DNA from: an uncultured Gemmatimonadales bacterium
GTDB taxonomy: Bacteria; Gemmatimonadota; Gemmatimonadetes; Longimicrobiales; RSA9
Length of the DNA: 64,000 bases
Reading direction: 5' to 3'
Assembly (NCBI GenBank): GCA_963708135.1
Contig: OY970192.1
Span: forward strand, 2,240,001 to 2,304,000
Numbering within the stretch: the first letter of the stretch is position 1; each line of letters begins with the position of its first letter. The notes under the pieces were generated by a model. That model had not been told where the DNA came from. It did no database searches and was given only the letters and a program-made list of their open reading frames with translations. The position numbers and the translations under genes were made by a program. This document shows positions 8,819 to 17,641 of this stretch, piece after piece.

Positions 8819-10456
8819 CTACCCTCCCGCCGCCCGCTCCCGCGCAGCGCGGCCGCCCGGCAGCCGGAGGATGGTATCATGCAGGCAGCGGGAGTCGTCG
8901 CGTTCCGGGTGGTCCGTGGTGTAGTGCAGGCCGCGGCTCTCCCGCCTCGAGCGGGCGGAGCGGACGATCAGGAGCGCCGTCTGGACGAGGTTCCGCAGCT
9001 CGACGAGCGAGGCCGTGAGCGGAGCCCGCGCGTACTCCTCCTCGACGCGGCGCCGCAGTCGCACGATCCGCCGCTCCGCGCGCGCGAGGCGGGCGTCCCT
9101 GCGCACGATCCCGGCATCCTCCCACATCCAGCCGCGCAGCTCATCGGCCCAGGCGGCCAGGCGCGCCTCGGCTTCGGGATCGGCCGGGCCGCGCAGCCGG
9201 GGCGGCGACGGCGCCGCCGCATCCACGGCGCGCACGTGCAGCTCCCCGGCCACCTTCTCCGCCGCGCGGTGGCTGAAGACCAGCGCCTCGAGCAGCGAGT
9301 TCGAGGCGAGCCGGTTCGCGCCGTGCACCCCGGTGCACGCCACCTCGCCGACGGCGTAGAGTCCCGCGAGCGAGCTGCGCCCGTGCACGTCCGTGCGCAC
9401 GCCGCCACACGCGTAGTGGGCCGCGGGCACGACCGGGATCGGGTCCGCCGGGAGCGAGATCCCGCGCGCGGCGCATTCCGCGGCGATCATCGGGAAGTGC
9501 GCCTCCACGACGTCCGGCGGGATCGCCGAGAGGTCCAGCAGCACGTAGGGGTCGGCGGTCGTCTTGAGCGAGGCGTCGATCGCGCGCGCCACCACGTCGC
9601 GGGTGGCCAGCGAGCCGCCCGCCACGCCCTCCATGAGCGGCGTGCCGTCCATCCGGCGCAGCACGGCGCCCTCGCCGCGCACGGCCTCCGAGATCAGGAA
9701 GGCGCGGTCCTCCGCCGGGTAGAGCGCGGTGGGGTGGAACTGCACGAACTCGAGGTTGGCCACCTCGGCGCCCGCGCGGTAGGCCATGGCGACGCCGTCG
9801 CCGGTAGCGATGTCGGGGTTCGTCGTGTGACGATAGACCCGGCCCAGCCCGCCGCTCGCCAGCAGCGTCACGGCCGCGCGCACCTCGACCACGTCGCGCG
9901 TGTGCCGGTCGAGGACGAGCGCGCCGCCGCAGCGGCGCTCGCCGGTCCCTGGATCGGTGCCGACCAGGAAGTCGAGGGCGAGGCGGTCCTCGTAGAGGGT
10001 GGCGGCGCCCGTGGCGGCGAGCGCGTCGAGCAGCGCTCTCTCGATCTCGCGCCCCGTGGCGTCCGCGGCGTGCACGATGCGGCGGCGCGAGTGCCCGCCC
10101 TCGCGGCCGAGCGCGGGGCGGCCGGGCTCGCCCGAGAAGCGGGCGCCCCACGCCATCAGCTCGCGCACGCGGGCGGGGCCCTCCTCGACGAGCGCGGCGA
10201 CGGCATCCGCGTGGCAGAGGCCGGCGCCGGCGGCCAGCGTGTCGCGCACGTGGAGCGCGGGGCGGTCGTCCTCGCCCATGACGGCGGCAATGCCGCCCTG
10301 GGCGTAGTTGGTATTGGAGTCCGCGCGCCGCTTCTTGGTGATGAGCGCCACGCGCCCGGCACCGGCCGCCTGGAGCGCGAAGCTGAGCCCGCCGATGCCG
10401 CTGCCGATGACGAGGATGTCCACCTCCTCGACCGACGTGGTGCCGCGTGCGTCCAT
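8819..10456 (-). CDS. nadB: L-aspartate oxidase
   Basis: GSGIGG FAD motif, SNTNYAQGGIAAV, REGGHS..RIVHAADATG, EFVQFHPT, GVHGANRLASNSLLE, RESRGLHY. Confidence 0.96.
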   Translation of the reverse strand: MDARGTTSVEEVDILVIGSGIGGLSFALQAAGAGRVALITKKRRADSNTNYAQGGIAAVMGEDDRPALHVRDTLAAGAGLCHADAVAALVEEGPARVRELMAWGARFSGEPGRPALGREGGHSRRRIVHAADATGREIERALLDALAATGAATLYEDRLALDFLVGTDPGTGERRCGGALVLDRHTRDVVEVRAAVTLLASGGLGRVYRHTTNPDIATGDGVAMAYRAGAEVANLEFVQFHPTALYPAEDRAFLISEAVRGEGAVLRRMDGTPLMEGVAGGSLATRDVVARAIDASLKTTADPYVLLDLSAIPPDVVEAHFPMIAAECAARGISLPADPIPVVPAAHYACGGVRTDVHGRSSLAGLYAVGEVACTGVHGANRLASNSLLEALVFSHRAAEKVAGELHVRAVDAAAPSPPRLRGPADPEAEARLAAWADELRGWMWEDAGIVRRDARLARAERRIVRLRRRVEEEYARAPLTASLVELRNLVQTALLIVRSARSRRESRGLHYTTDHPERDDSRCLHDTILRLPGGRAARERAAGG

Positions 10457-10461
10457 TCGGC

Positions 10462-11529
10462 TCAGCCGATCTCCAGCATGCGGTCGATCGAGCGGCGCGC
10501 ACGGACGCGGATCTCTTCGGGCACCTCGATCCTCCATCGGTCGTGGAGCAGCGAGTCGCGCACGTTCTCGAGCGTGATCTCGCTCATGTGCGGGCAGCGG
10601 AAGGAGCACAGCCGGACCATCTCCTTTTCCGGCGACTCGGCGATGATGTTGTCGGCCATGCTGCACTCGGTCAGCAGGAGGTAGCGCGGCGCGTCGGCCT
10701 CCCGCACGTAGCGGATCATGGCCGAGGTGCTGCCCGAGTAGTCGGAGGCCTCCACGACATCCGGCGGACATTCGGGGTGCGCCAGCACGACCACGTCGGG
10801 GAACTGCGCCCGCACGGCCGCCACATCCTCGACCGTGAAGCGGTCATGCACCTCGCAGCGGCCGCGCCAGCCCACGAGCTCGAGCTCCACGCCGTCCGCC
10901 AGCGCATCGGCCGCGCGCGCGTCCGTCACAGCCTCCAGCGTGGGGAAGACGATGCGCTTCCCGGTCTCCCGCGCGACGTTCCTCGCCAGGTACTCGTCAG
11001 GCAGGAAGATGATGGTGTCCGAGTCCAGTGCCTCGACCACGCGTACCGCGTTGCCCGACGTGCAGCACACGTCCGTCTCGGCCTTCACGTCCGCGTACGT
11101 GTTGATGTAGGTCACCACCGGCACGCCCGGGTAGCGCGCGCGCAGCCGGCGCACGTCCGCCGCCGTGATCGATGCCGCCAGCGAGCAGCCGCCGCGCTCC
11201 GACGGCAGCAGCACGGTGCGCTCGGGCGAGAGGATCTTGGCCGTCTCGGCCATGAAACGGACGCCGCAGAAGACGATCGGGTCACCCTGCGCTTCGGCGG
11301 CCACGCGCGAGAGCTCGAGCGAGTCGCCCACGTGGTCGCACACCGAGTGGTAGAGCGCCGGCTCCATGTAGTTGTGCCCGAGGATCACCGCGCCGCGCTC
11401 CGCCTTCAGGCGGTTGACCTCGACGGCCACCTCCGCCTTCCAGGCCAGCTCCGGCTCAGGGACCACGTCCCGCAGCCGCGCCACGAGCGCCTCGCGCATC
11501 TCCTCCACATCCGTCGTCCGGATCGCCAC
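10462..11529 (-). CDS. nadA: Quinolinate synthase A
   Basis: ILGHNYM, GDSLEL, FCGVRFMAETAKIL, GCSLA, YINT, CCTSGNA, CEVH, LAHPEC, CPHM. Confidence 0.96.
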   Translation of the reverse strand: MAIRTTDVEEMREALVARLRDVVPEPELAWKAEVAVEVNRLKAERGAVILGHNYMEPALYHSVCDHVGDSLELSRVAAEAQGDPIVFCGVRFMAETAKILSPERTVLLPSERGGCSLAASITAADVRRLRARYPGVPVVTYINTYADVKAETDVCCTSGNAVRVVEALDSDTIIFLPDEYLARNVARETGKRIVFPTLEAVTDARAADALADGVELELVGWRGRCEVHDRFTVEDVAAVRAQFPDVVVLAHPECPPDVVEASDYSGSTSAMIRYVREADAPRYLLLTECSMADNIIAESPEKEMVRLCSFRCPHMSEITLENVRDSLLHDRWRIEVPEEIRVRARRSIDRMLEIG

Positions 11530-11538
11530 GGTCCCGCC

Positions 11539-12420
11539 TCAGTCGATGAAGTCCAGCGCCGCGTCGAACGCCGGCGCCGAGTGGGTCAGCGCGCCCACGG
11601 AGATCAGGTCCACCCCGGTCTCCGCCACCGCGCGCACGGTGTCCAGCGTGATGCCGCCCGAGGCCTCCACGAGCGCCCGGCCGCCGACCTGTCGCACGGC
11701 CTCCCGCAGCACGTCCGGCGGCATGTTGTCGAGCAGCACCGCGTCCGGCGCGGCCGCGAGCGTCTCCGCCAGCTGCTCGAGCGCGTCCACCTCGATCTCG
11801 AGCCGCACCACGTGTGGCAGGCGACGCCGCGCCGCCCGCACCGCGTCGCCGAGCGCGATCCCCGACGCCGCCAGCGCCTCGCGGTGGTTGTCCTTGAGCA
11901 GCGCCGCGTCCGACAGATGGAAGCGGTGGTTGTGCCCACCGCCGCAACGCACCGCGTAGCGCTCGAGGAGCCGCAGCCCCGGCGTCGTCTTGCGCGTGTC
12001 CACGATTCGCGCCCCGGTGCCCTCCACGGCCCGGACGTAGCGCGCCGTGAGCGTGGCGATCCCCGAGAGCCGCTGCACGAAGTTCAGCGCCACCCGCTCC
12101 GCCGAGAGGAGCGCACGCGCCGCGCCACCCACCGTGAGCAGCACCGCGCCCGGCTCGACCGGGTCGCCGTCGGCGGCGTGCAGCTCGATCGCCGCAGCGG
12201 GCGCCAGCGCCTCGAACGCGAGCGCCGCCACGGGCAGCCCCGCCACGACGCCCGCCTGCCGCGCCACGAGCTTCGCCCGCGCGCGCACGCCCGCCGGGAC
12301 GAACGACTCCGTCGTGATGTCACCCCAGCCCAGGTCCTCGGCCAGCGCGCGCTCCACCAGCTTGCGCACCCGCGCCAGAGGCGGCAGCTGGATGCCTGCG
12401 ACTCCCTCTGTCAGCTCCAT
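11539..12420 (-). CDS. nadC: Nicotinate-nucleotide pyrophosphorylase (carboxylating)
   Basis: ALAEDLGWGDITT, ERVALNF, DTRKTTPGLR, NHRFHLSD, LLDNM, EASGGI, ISVGALTHSA. Confidence 0.96.
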   Translation of the reverse strand: MELTEGVAGIQLPPLARVRKLVERALAEDLGWGDITTESFVPAGVRARAKLVARQAGVVAGLPVAALAFEALAPAAAIELHAADGDPVEPGAVLLTVGGAARALLSAERVALNFVQRLSGIATLTARYVRAVEGTGARIVDTRKTTPGLRLLERYAVRCGGGHNHRFHLSDAALLKDNHREALAASGIALGDAVRAARRRLPHVVRLEIEVDALEQLAETLAAAPDAVLLDNMPPDVLREAVRQVGGRALVEASGGITLDTVRAVAETGVDLISVGALTHSAPAFDAALDFID

Positions 12421-12583
12421 GCCTCTACACGCCTCCGTCCGGCCTCCGAGGGGCGCGAAGTGTAGCCGCGGCGCCACGATGCCGCAACGGACCCGTATAC
12501 ACGCGAGCGGCGCAGAAGTGGCGGCCCCGTCCCCGCCGGAACGGCCCCGCGCGGAGCCTCCCCGTCGCCGAACCGCTCGCGCC

Positions 12584-13636
12584 TCAGTCGCCCGCGCCGG
12601 CGGTGTCGTAGCCCTTCACGCGATAGAGGACCGCGGAGCCGATCCAGGTGCCGACGAAGACGAGCACGACCAGCGCGCCGATCAGGCCGAAGCGGCCGTT
12701 CAGCGAGGCGATCGCGCTCCACACTCCGCCGTGCAGCCCGAGCTTCCCGGCCAGCAGCCCGAGCGCCTCGATGCCCCCCACAACGAGCGCCACCAGCACG
12801 GAGACGAACGTGATCGTCATGTTGTAGTAGAGCTTCCGGATCGGCTTCCGGAACGCCCAGCCGTACGCCCCCACCATGAGCACGTTGTCCGTCGTGTCCA
12901 CCAGCGACATGCCCGCCGTGAACAGTGCCGGGAACACCAGGATCGACCAGATCGACATCCCCCGCGCCGCGCCCACCGCCGAGATCCCGAGCAGCCCGAT
13001 CTCCGTCGCCGTGTCGAAGCCGAGCCCGAAGAGCAGCCCCAGCGGGTACATGTGCCAGCTGCGGCGGATCATGCCGAAGAGCGGGCGGAAGATGCGCGCG
13101 AGCAGGCCGCCGCCCGTGAGCAGCAGATCGAGGTCGGCCTCGTCGTGGCTGCCGCCGGCGCGGACCCGGCGGAAGGCGCGGTAGACGGAACCCAGGATCA
13201 CCAGGTTCATCACCGCGATCCCGAGCAGGAAAGCGGCCGAGACCAGCGTGCCGACCACGCTCGCCATCCCCCGCAGCCCCTCCAGCCGCGTGTTCAGCGC
13301 GAGCGCCGTGGCCGCGATCGCCACTGAGGCGAGCACCACCACGGTCGAGTGTCCGAGCGAGAAGAAGAAGCCCACCCCCACCGGCCTCTTCCCCTCCTGC
13401 ATCAGCTTGCGCGTGACGTTGTCGATCGCCGCGATGTGGTCGGCGTCGATGGCGTGCCGCAGCCCCAGCCCGTACGCCAGAAGCCCCGTGCCGAGGAGCA
13501 GCGGATAGTGGCGGAACGCCGAGAACGCCCACAGCCACGCCGCCAGGTTGCCCACCCCCAGCAGCCCGTACAGCGCTAGAACGCGGCCGCGCACATCGAC
13601 CGCGTCATCCCGCAGGATGCTCCCCATGGAGCGCAT
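12584..13636 (-). CDS. High-affinity Ni/Co permease (NiCoT; HoxN/HupN/NixA family)
   Basis: Signatures GLRHAIDADHIAAID, FFSLGHSTVV, LFGLGFDTATE, GMSLVDTTD. The start may be the ATG at 13627. Confidence 0.95.
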   Translation of the reverse strand: MRSMGSILRDDAVDVRGRVLALYGLLGVGNLAAWLWAFSAFRHYPLLLGTGLLAYGLGLRHAIDADHIAAIDNVTRKLMQEGKRPVGVGFFFSLGHSTVVVLASVAIAATALALNTRLEGLRGMASVVGTLVSAAFLLGIAVMNLVILGSVYRAFRRVRAGGSHDEADLDLLLTGGGLLARIFRPLFGMIRRSWHMYPLGLLFGLGFDTATEIGLLGISAVGAARGMSIWSILVFPALFTAGMSLVDTTDNVLMVGAYGWAFRKPIRKLYYNMTITFVSVLVALVVGGIEALGLLAGKLGLHGGVWSAIASLNGRFGLIGALVVLVFVGTWIGSAVLYRVKGYDTAGAGD

Positions 13637-13992
13637 CCGCCCCCCATCCCGTAGGCGACCGCCGCGGCGCCATGGAAGCTCGTGCGCTTTCCGCGGGCGG
13701 CGATCTCGTTGCGCGGGAAATCTAGCAGCCCCGCGCCCCTCGCGCCCCAGCACTACCGGCGCCAGCCGGACGCCCGAGCGTCAGAACCGTGCCCACCACT
13801 CCCGCGCCTGGCCGAGGTGCCACGGCCCGGGGTCGATCCGGCGCGTTCGAATCCCGGTTCGACTCCGCACGTTCGCCCGTCTGCTCCCGCTCGACGTAGC
13901 AGATCGTCGTTGACCGACCGGCTGCGAGCCATCACATTGGCGGTCCGGGCAGGAACTGCTACGGACCCCGCGGGAGCGATGGAGGGCCGAGG

Positions 13993-14985
13993 ATGGCGGG
14001 AGCGCACGAGCTGAGGGAGCAGCTGAGGCAGCGCGTGGTGAGTGGGCTGCACACGGGTCGCCTGCGTCGAGGGGATCGGCTGCCGAGCCTGCGGGAGGTG
14101 TCGCGGGAGCTGGGGGTGGATCATCGGGCGGTGGCGCGGGCGTACCGGGAGCTGGAGTCGGAGGGGTTGGTGCAGATCCGGGGCCGATCGGGGATCTACG
14201 TGGCGGGGCAGGAGCGCCTGGGAGGCGAGCTGCTGCAGGAGACGTGGCGCTGGCTGGCGGGGATGCTGACGGAGGCGTGGACGCGGCGGTGGACGCTGCC
14301 GGGGCTGCCGGAGATGGTGCGGCGGTGCACGGCGGCGCGGCGGCTGTCGTGCGCGTGTGTGGAGTCGAACGAGGACCAGCTGACGGCGCTCTGCGACGAG
14401 CTGCGGGAGGATTTCGGCCTGGACACCTACCGGGTGTGGGCGGATGCCGAGGGCCCGGCGCCGGAGCGGCTGGTGCCGCAGCTGGAGGGAGCGGACGTGG
14501 TGGTGGCGACGGCGTACCACGCGGTGGAGGCGGCGGCGGCGGCGGAGCGGCTGGGGCTGCCCTTCGTGCGGGCGCCGCTGAACCCGCACCTGGCGGAGAC
14601 GATCGAGCGGCGCCTGCGCTCGAAGCCGCTGACGTTCGTGATCGCGGACCGTCGCTTCGAGGAGCGGCTGGGGCTGATGTACCCGGCGCACGCCGAGCGG
14701 ATGCGCGTAGTGCTGGCGGAGCGGGTGGAGGAGGTGGCGGCGCTGGATGCGTGGGAGCCGGTGATCCTGACGCGCGCGGCGCGCAAGCGGCTGGGCGGGC
14801 TCGGGGAGATTCCGCTGCTCTACCCGCATTCGCCGTCGGTCTCGGCGGAGTGCGCGCGGGACCTTTTCGAGTGCATCGTCCGGCTGAACCTGGAGGTGCG
14901 GGTGCCCGGCGGCGGGGTGGGTGGCGCGTGGGCGCGCGTTGGCCCGGACCGTGCTGCCCTGAAGGAGGCCTTGCGACCCTCATGA
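13993..14985 (+). CDS. GntR-family transcriptional regulator with long C-terminal domain
   Basis: wHTH GDRLPSLREVSRELGVDHRAVARAYRELESEGLV..RGRSGIYV. The stop overlaps the next ATG (ATGA). Confidence 0.88.
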   Translation: MAGAHELREQLRQRVVSGLHTGRLRRGDRLPSLREVSRELGVDHRAVARAYRELESEGLVQIRGRSGIYVAGQERLGGELLQETWRWLAGMLTEAWTRRWTLPGLPEMVRRCTAARRLSCACVESNEDQLTALCDELREDFGLDTYRVWADAEGPAPERLVPQLEGADVVVATAYHAVEAAAAAERLGLPFVRAPLNPHLAETIERRLRSKPLTFVIADRRFEERLGLMYPAHAERMRVVLAERVEEVAALDAWEPVILTRAARKRLGGLGEIPLLYPHSPSVSAECARDLFECIVRLNLEVRVPGGGVGGAWARVGPDRAALKEALRPS

Positions 14986-16484
14986 GCGTGATGCAAGACC
15001 GACTGGTCAGGCTGTACAGGGAGCATTTCGGTGCCACGCCGGTGGCGGTCCTCGAGCTGCCGGCGGATGGGTCGTCGCGTACCTACTTCCGTCTGGTGGG
15101 CACGGACTGGCAGACCGCGATCGGGGCGATCGGTCCGGACCACGACGAGAACCGTGCATTCCTGTCCTTCTCGCGCTCGTTCCATGGCGCGGGGCTGCCG
15201 GTTCCGACGATCTACGGCGCGGACGAGGCGTCGGGCGTCTGGCTGGAGGAGGATCTGGGGGACACGACGCTGTTCGACGCGCTGGTGGAGGCGCGCGACC
15301 GGGAGCAGCAGGCGTTCCCGGACTCCATGGTCGGGATCTACCGGCGGGTGGTCGAGGTGTTGCCGCGCTTCCAGGTGGAGGGCGGAAAGGTCATCGACTA
15401 CAGCGTGGCGTACCCGCGCGCGGCGTTCGACCGGCAGTCGATCGTGTGGGACCTGAACTACTTCAAGTACCACTTCCTGAAGCTCGCCCACATCCCGTTC
15501 AACGAGGGGCGGCTGGAGGAGGACTTCGACCGGCTCGCGACGTTCCTGCTCCAGACCGGCACGGACTACTTCCTGTACCGCGACTTCCAGTCCCGCAACA
15601 TCATGCTGCGCGACGGGGCGCCGTGGTTCATCGACTACCAGGGCGGCCGCAGGGGGGCGCCACAGTACGACATCGCCTCGCTGCTCTACGATGCCAAGGC
15701 GGACGTCCCGGAGCCCGTGCGCGCCATGCTGCTGGAGCACTACATGGACGCGCTCGGCGCCTACGTCGCGATCGACCGGGACGCCTTCCGGGAGCGCTAC
15801 CGCGGCTACGTCCTCGTGCGCATCATGCAGGCGCTCGGCGCCTACGGCTACCGCGGCTTCTTCGAGCGCAAGCCGCGCTTCCTGCAGAGCGTGCCGTACG
15901 CCGCGCGCAACATCGCCCGCATCCTGGACGCCGGCCTGCCGGTGGCGCTGCCGCAACTCGAGGGGGTGTTCCGCCGCATCGTCGAGGAATGGCGGTCGAG
16001 CGCGATGCCCGAGGCCGAGTTCCCCGGGCTGACGGTGTACGTCGGCAGCTTCAGCTACAAGCGCGGCTACCCGGACGACGCCACCGGCCACGGCGGCGGC
16101 TTCGTCTTCGACTGCCGCGCGATCCCGAACCCGGGCCGCCACCTCGAGTACGCCTCGATGTGCGGGATGCAGCGCCCGGTCGCCGACTTCATCGAGCGCG
16201 CCGCGGAGGCGGAGGCGTTCTTCGAGAACGTGCGCGGCCTCGTGGACGCCCAGGTGGCCGAGTACCTGCGGCGCGGCTTCACCAGCCTGAGCGTCTGGTT
16301 CGGCTGCACCGGCGGGCAGCACCGCTCCGTCTATTTCGCGGAGCGGCTCGCCGGCCATCTGCGCGGGCGCTTCGACGGGGTGAACGTGAAGCTCTCGCAC
16401 CGCGAGGCCGCCACCTGGCCCGAGGAGGCGCGCGTATCCTCGCCCGAGGTCACCGGCGCCTCCTCCCACGCCGGCCCGCCCTGA
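14982..16484 (+). CDS. AmgK-like sugar phosphotransferase fused to a RapZ C-terminal domain
   Basis: ADGSSRTYFR, EDLGDTTL, YRDFQSRNIM, FIDYQG, YDIASLL; then SFSYKRGYP, FVFDCRAIPNPG, GCTGGQHRSV. Confidence 0.88.
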   Translation: MSVMQDRLVRLYREHFGATPVAVLELPADGSSRTYFRLVGTDWQTAIGAIGPDHDENRAFLSFSRSFHGAGLPVPTIYGADEASGVWLEEDLGDTTLFDALVEARDREQQAFPDSMVGIYRRVVEVLPRFQVEGGKVIDYSVAYPRAAFDRQSIVWDLNYFKYHFLKLAHIPFNEGRLEEDFDRLATFLLQTGTDYFLYRDFQSRNIMLRDGAPWFIDYQGGRRGAPQYDIASLLYDAKADVPEPVRAMLLEHYMDALGAYVAIDRDAFRERYRGYVLVRIMQALGAYGYRGFFERKPRFLQSVPYAARNIARILDAGLPVALPQLEGVFRRIVEEWRSSAMPEAEFPGLTVYVGSFSYKRGYPDDATGHGGGFVFDCRAIPNPGRHLEYASMCGMQRPVADFIERAAEAEAFFENVRGLVDAQVAEYLRRGFTSLSVWFGCTGGQHRSVYFAERLAGHLRGRFDGVNVKLSHREAATWPEEARVSSPEVTGASSHAGPP

Positions 16485-16491
16485 GGCGGGC

Positions 16492-17211
16492 TTGGACGCC
16501 ATGATCTTCGCGGCCGGGCTCGGCACCCGGCTGCGCCCCCTCACCGACCACGTGCCCAAGGCCCTCATCGAGGTGGGCGGCCGCCCCGTCCTCGAGCACG
16601 TCGCCCGCCGCCTCATCGCCGCCGGCGCCGACCGCCTCGTCGTGAACACCCACGGCTACGACGACGCCATCGAGCGCTTCGTCGCCTCCCGCGACGGCTT
16701 CGGCGTCGAGGTCCGCTTCTCGCGCGAGGAGCCCCGGCCGCTCGAGACCGGCGGCGGACTGCGCCGCGCCGCGCCGCTGCTCCGGCGCGAGGCGCCCTTT
16801 TTCATGCACAACGTGGACGTGCTCTCCGACTTGGACCTCGGCGCGCTCCATGCCGCCCACACCGAGCACGCGCCGCTCGCCACACTCGCCGTCATGCGCC
16901 GAGACACCTCGCGCCACCTCGTCTTCGACGACGGCGGCCTGTGCGGCCGCATCGACGCCCGCGCCGACCTCTCGCTCCAGGTCCGCGCGCCGCTCGGACC
17001 ACCCCGCAAGCTGGCCTTCTGCGGCATCCACGTCGCGGATCCGCTCCTGCCGGCGCTGCTCACCGAGACCGGCGCCTTCTCCATCATCGATGCCTACCTC
17101 CGCCTCGCCGCCGCCGGCGAGCGCATCCTCCCGTTCAGCGCCGACGGCACCGCCTGGGTGGACATCGGGTCGGCCGCGCGGCTGGAAGAGGCCCGCGCCC
17201 GCTTCGGCTGA
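16492..17211 (+). CDS. murU: MurU-like sugar-1-phosphate nucleotidyltransferase
   Basis: AMIFAAGLGTRLRPLTDHVPKAL, LETGGG, HNVD, WVDIG; lies directly after the AmgK-like gene. Confidence 0.82.
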   Translation: MDAMIFAAGLGTRLRPLTDHVPKALIEVGGRPVLEHVARRLIAAGADRLVVNTHGYDDAIERFVASRDGFGVEVRFSREEPRPLETGGGLRRAAPLLRREAPFFMHNVDVLSDLDLGALHAAHTEHAPLATLAVMRRDTSRHLVFDDGGLCGRIDARADLSLQVRAPLGPPRKLAFCGIHVADPLLPALLTETGAFSIIDAYLRLAAAGERILPFSADGTAWVDIGSAARLEEARARFG

Positions 17212-17530
17212 CGCACGGTGGACGCGGCAGGGCCGCCGCGAGCCGTCGCTTGGGCGGATGGAGGCGGCTGCACGGGGCCCCGCTCCCCTGTGCGTGTGCG
17301 CGCCACCAGGGGCGGCGGCGGCCGGACCTTTCTGCACGATCGTCGCCTCCGCGCCAGCCCGCTCGCACTTCGGGCCGCTGGGCAGACCAAATTCCCGACG
17401 CGCCGGCTGCCCTCGTCCGCGCGACGTGACTTTGGTCCGCATAGCGACCATTTCTCCCGGGGCGTTCTCGGCCTGTCGGCGAAGTGGAAGTTTGATCCGC
17501 GCTGCGCTGAACGTGCGGCCGGTCGCTAGC

Positions 17531-17606
17531 CCCGCGGCCGGCGGCCGGCCCCGCGGCCGGCGTCCGGGCCCGCGGCCGGCGTCCGGGCCCGCGGGCGGCG
17601 TCTGAG
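17531..17606. repeat. 19-bp tandem repeat x4
   Basis: Unit CCCGCGGCCGGCGTCCGGG; two exact and two degenerate copies. Confidence 0.8.
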
Positions 17607-17641
17607 CCGCTCCGCGCCGTCTCCCGGCCCGTCCACATGCC

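Noticed and set aside
13640..13990. Cobalamin or NiCo riboswitch upstream of the NiCoT gene; tRNA or att site at 13845-13866
   Set aside because: No B12-box or four-way-junction consensus recognisable. The T-loop-like words lack acceptor, D and anticodon arms and do not match the tRNA-Met 3' end in the same orientation.
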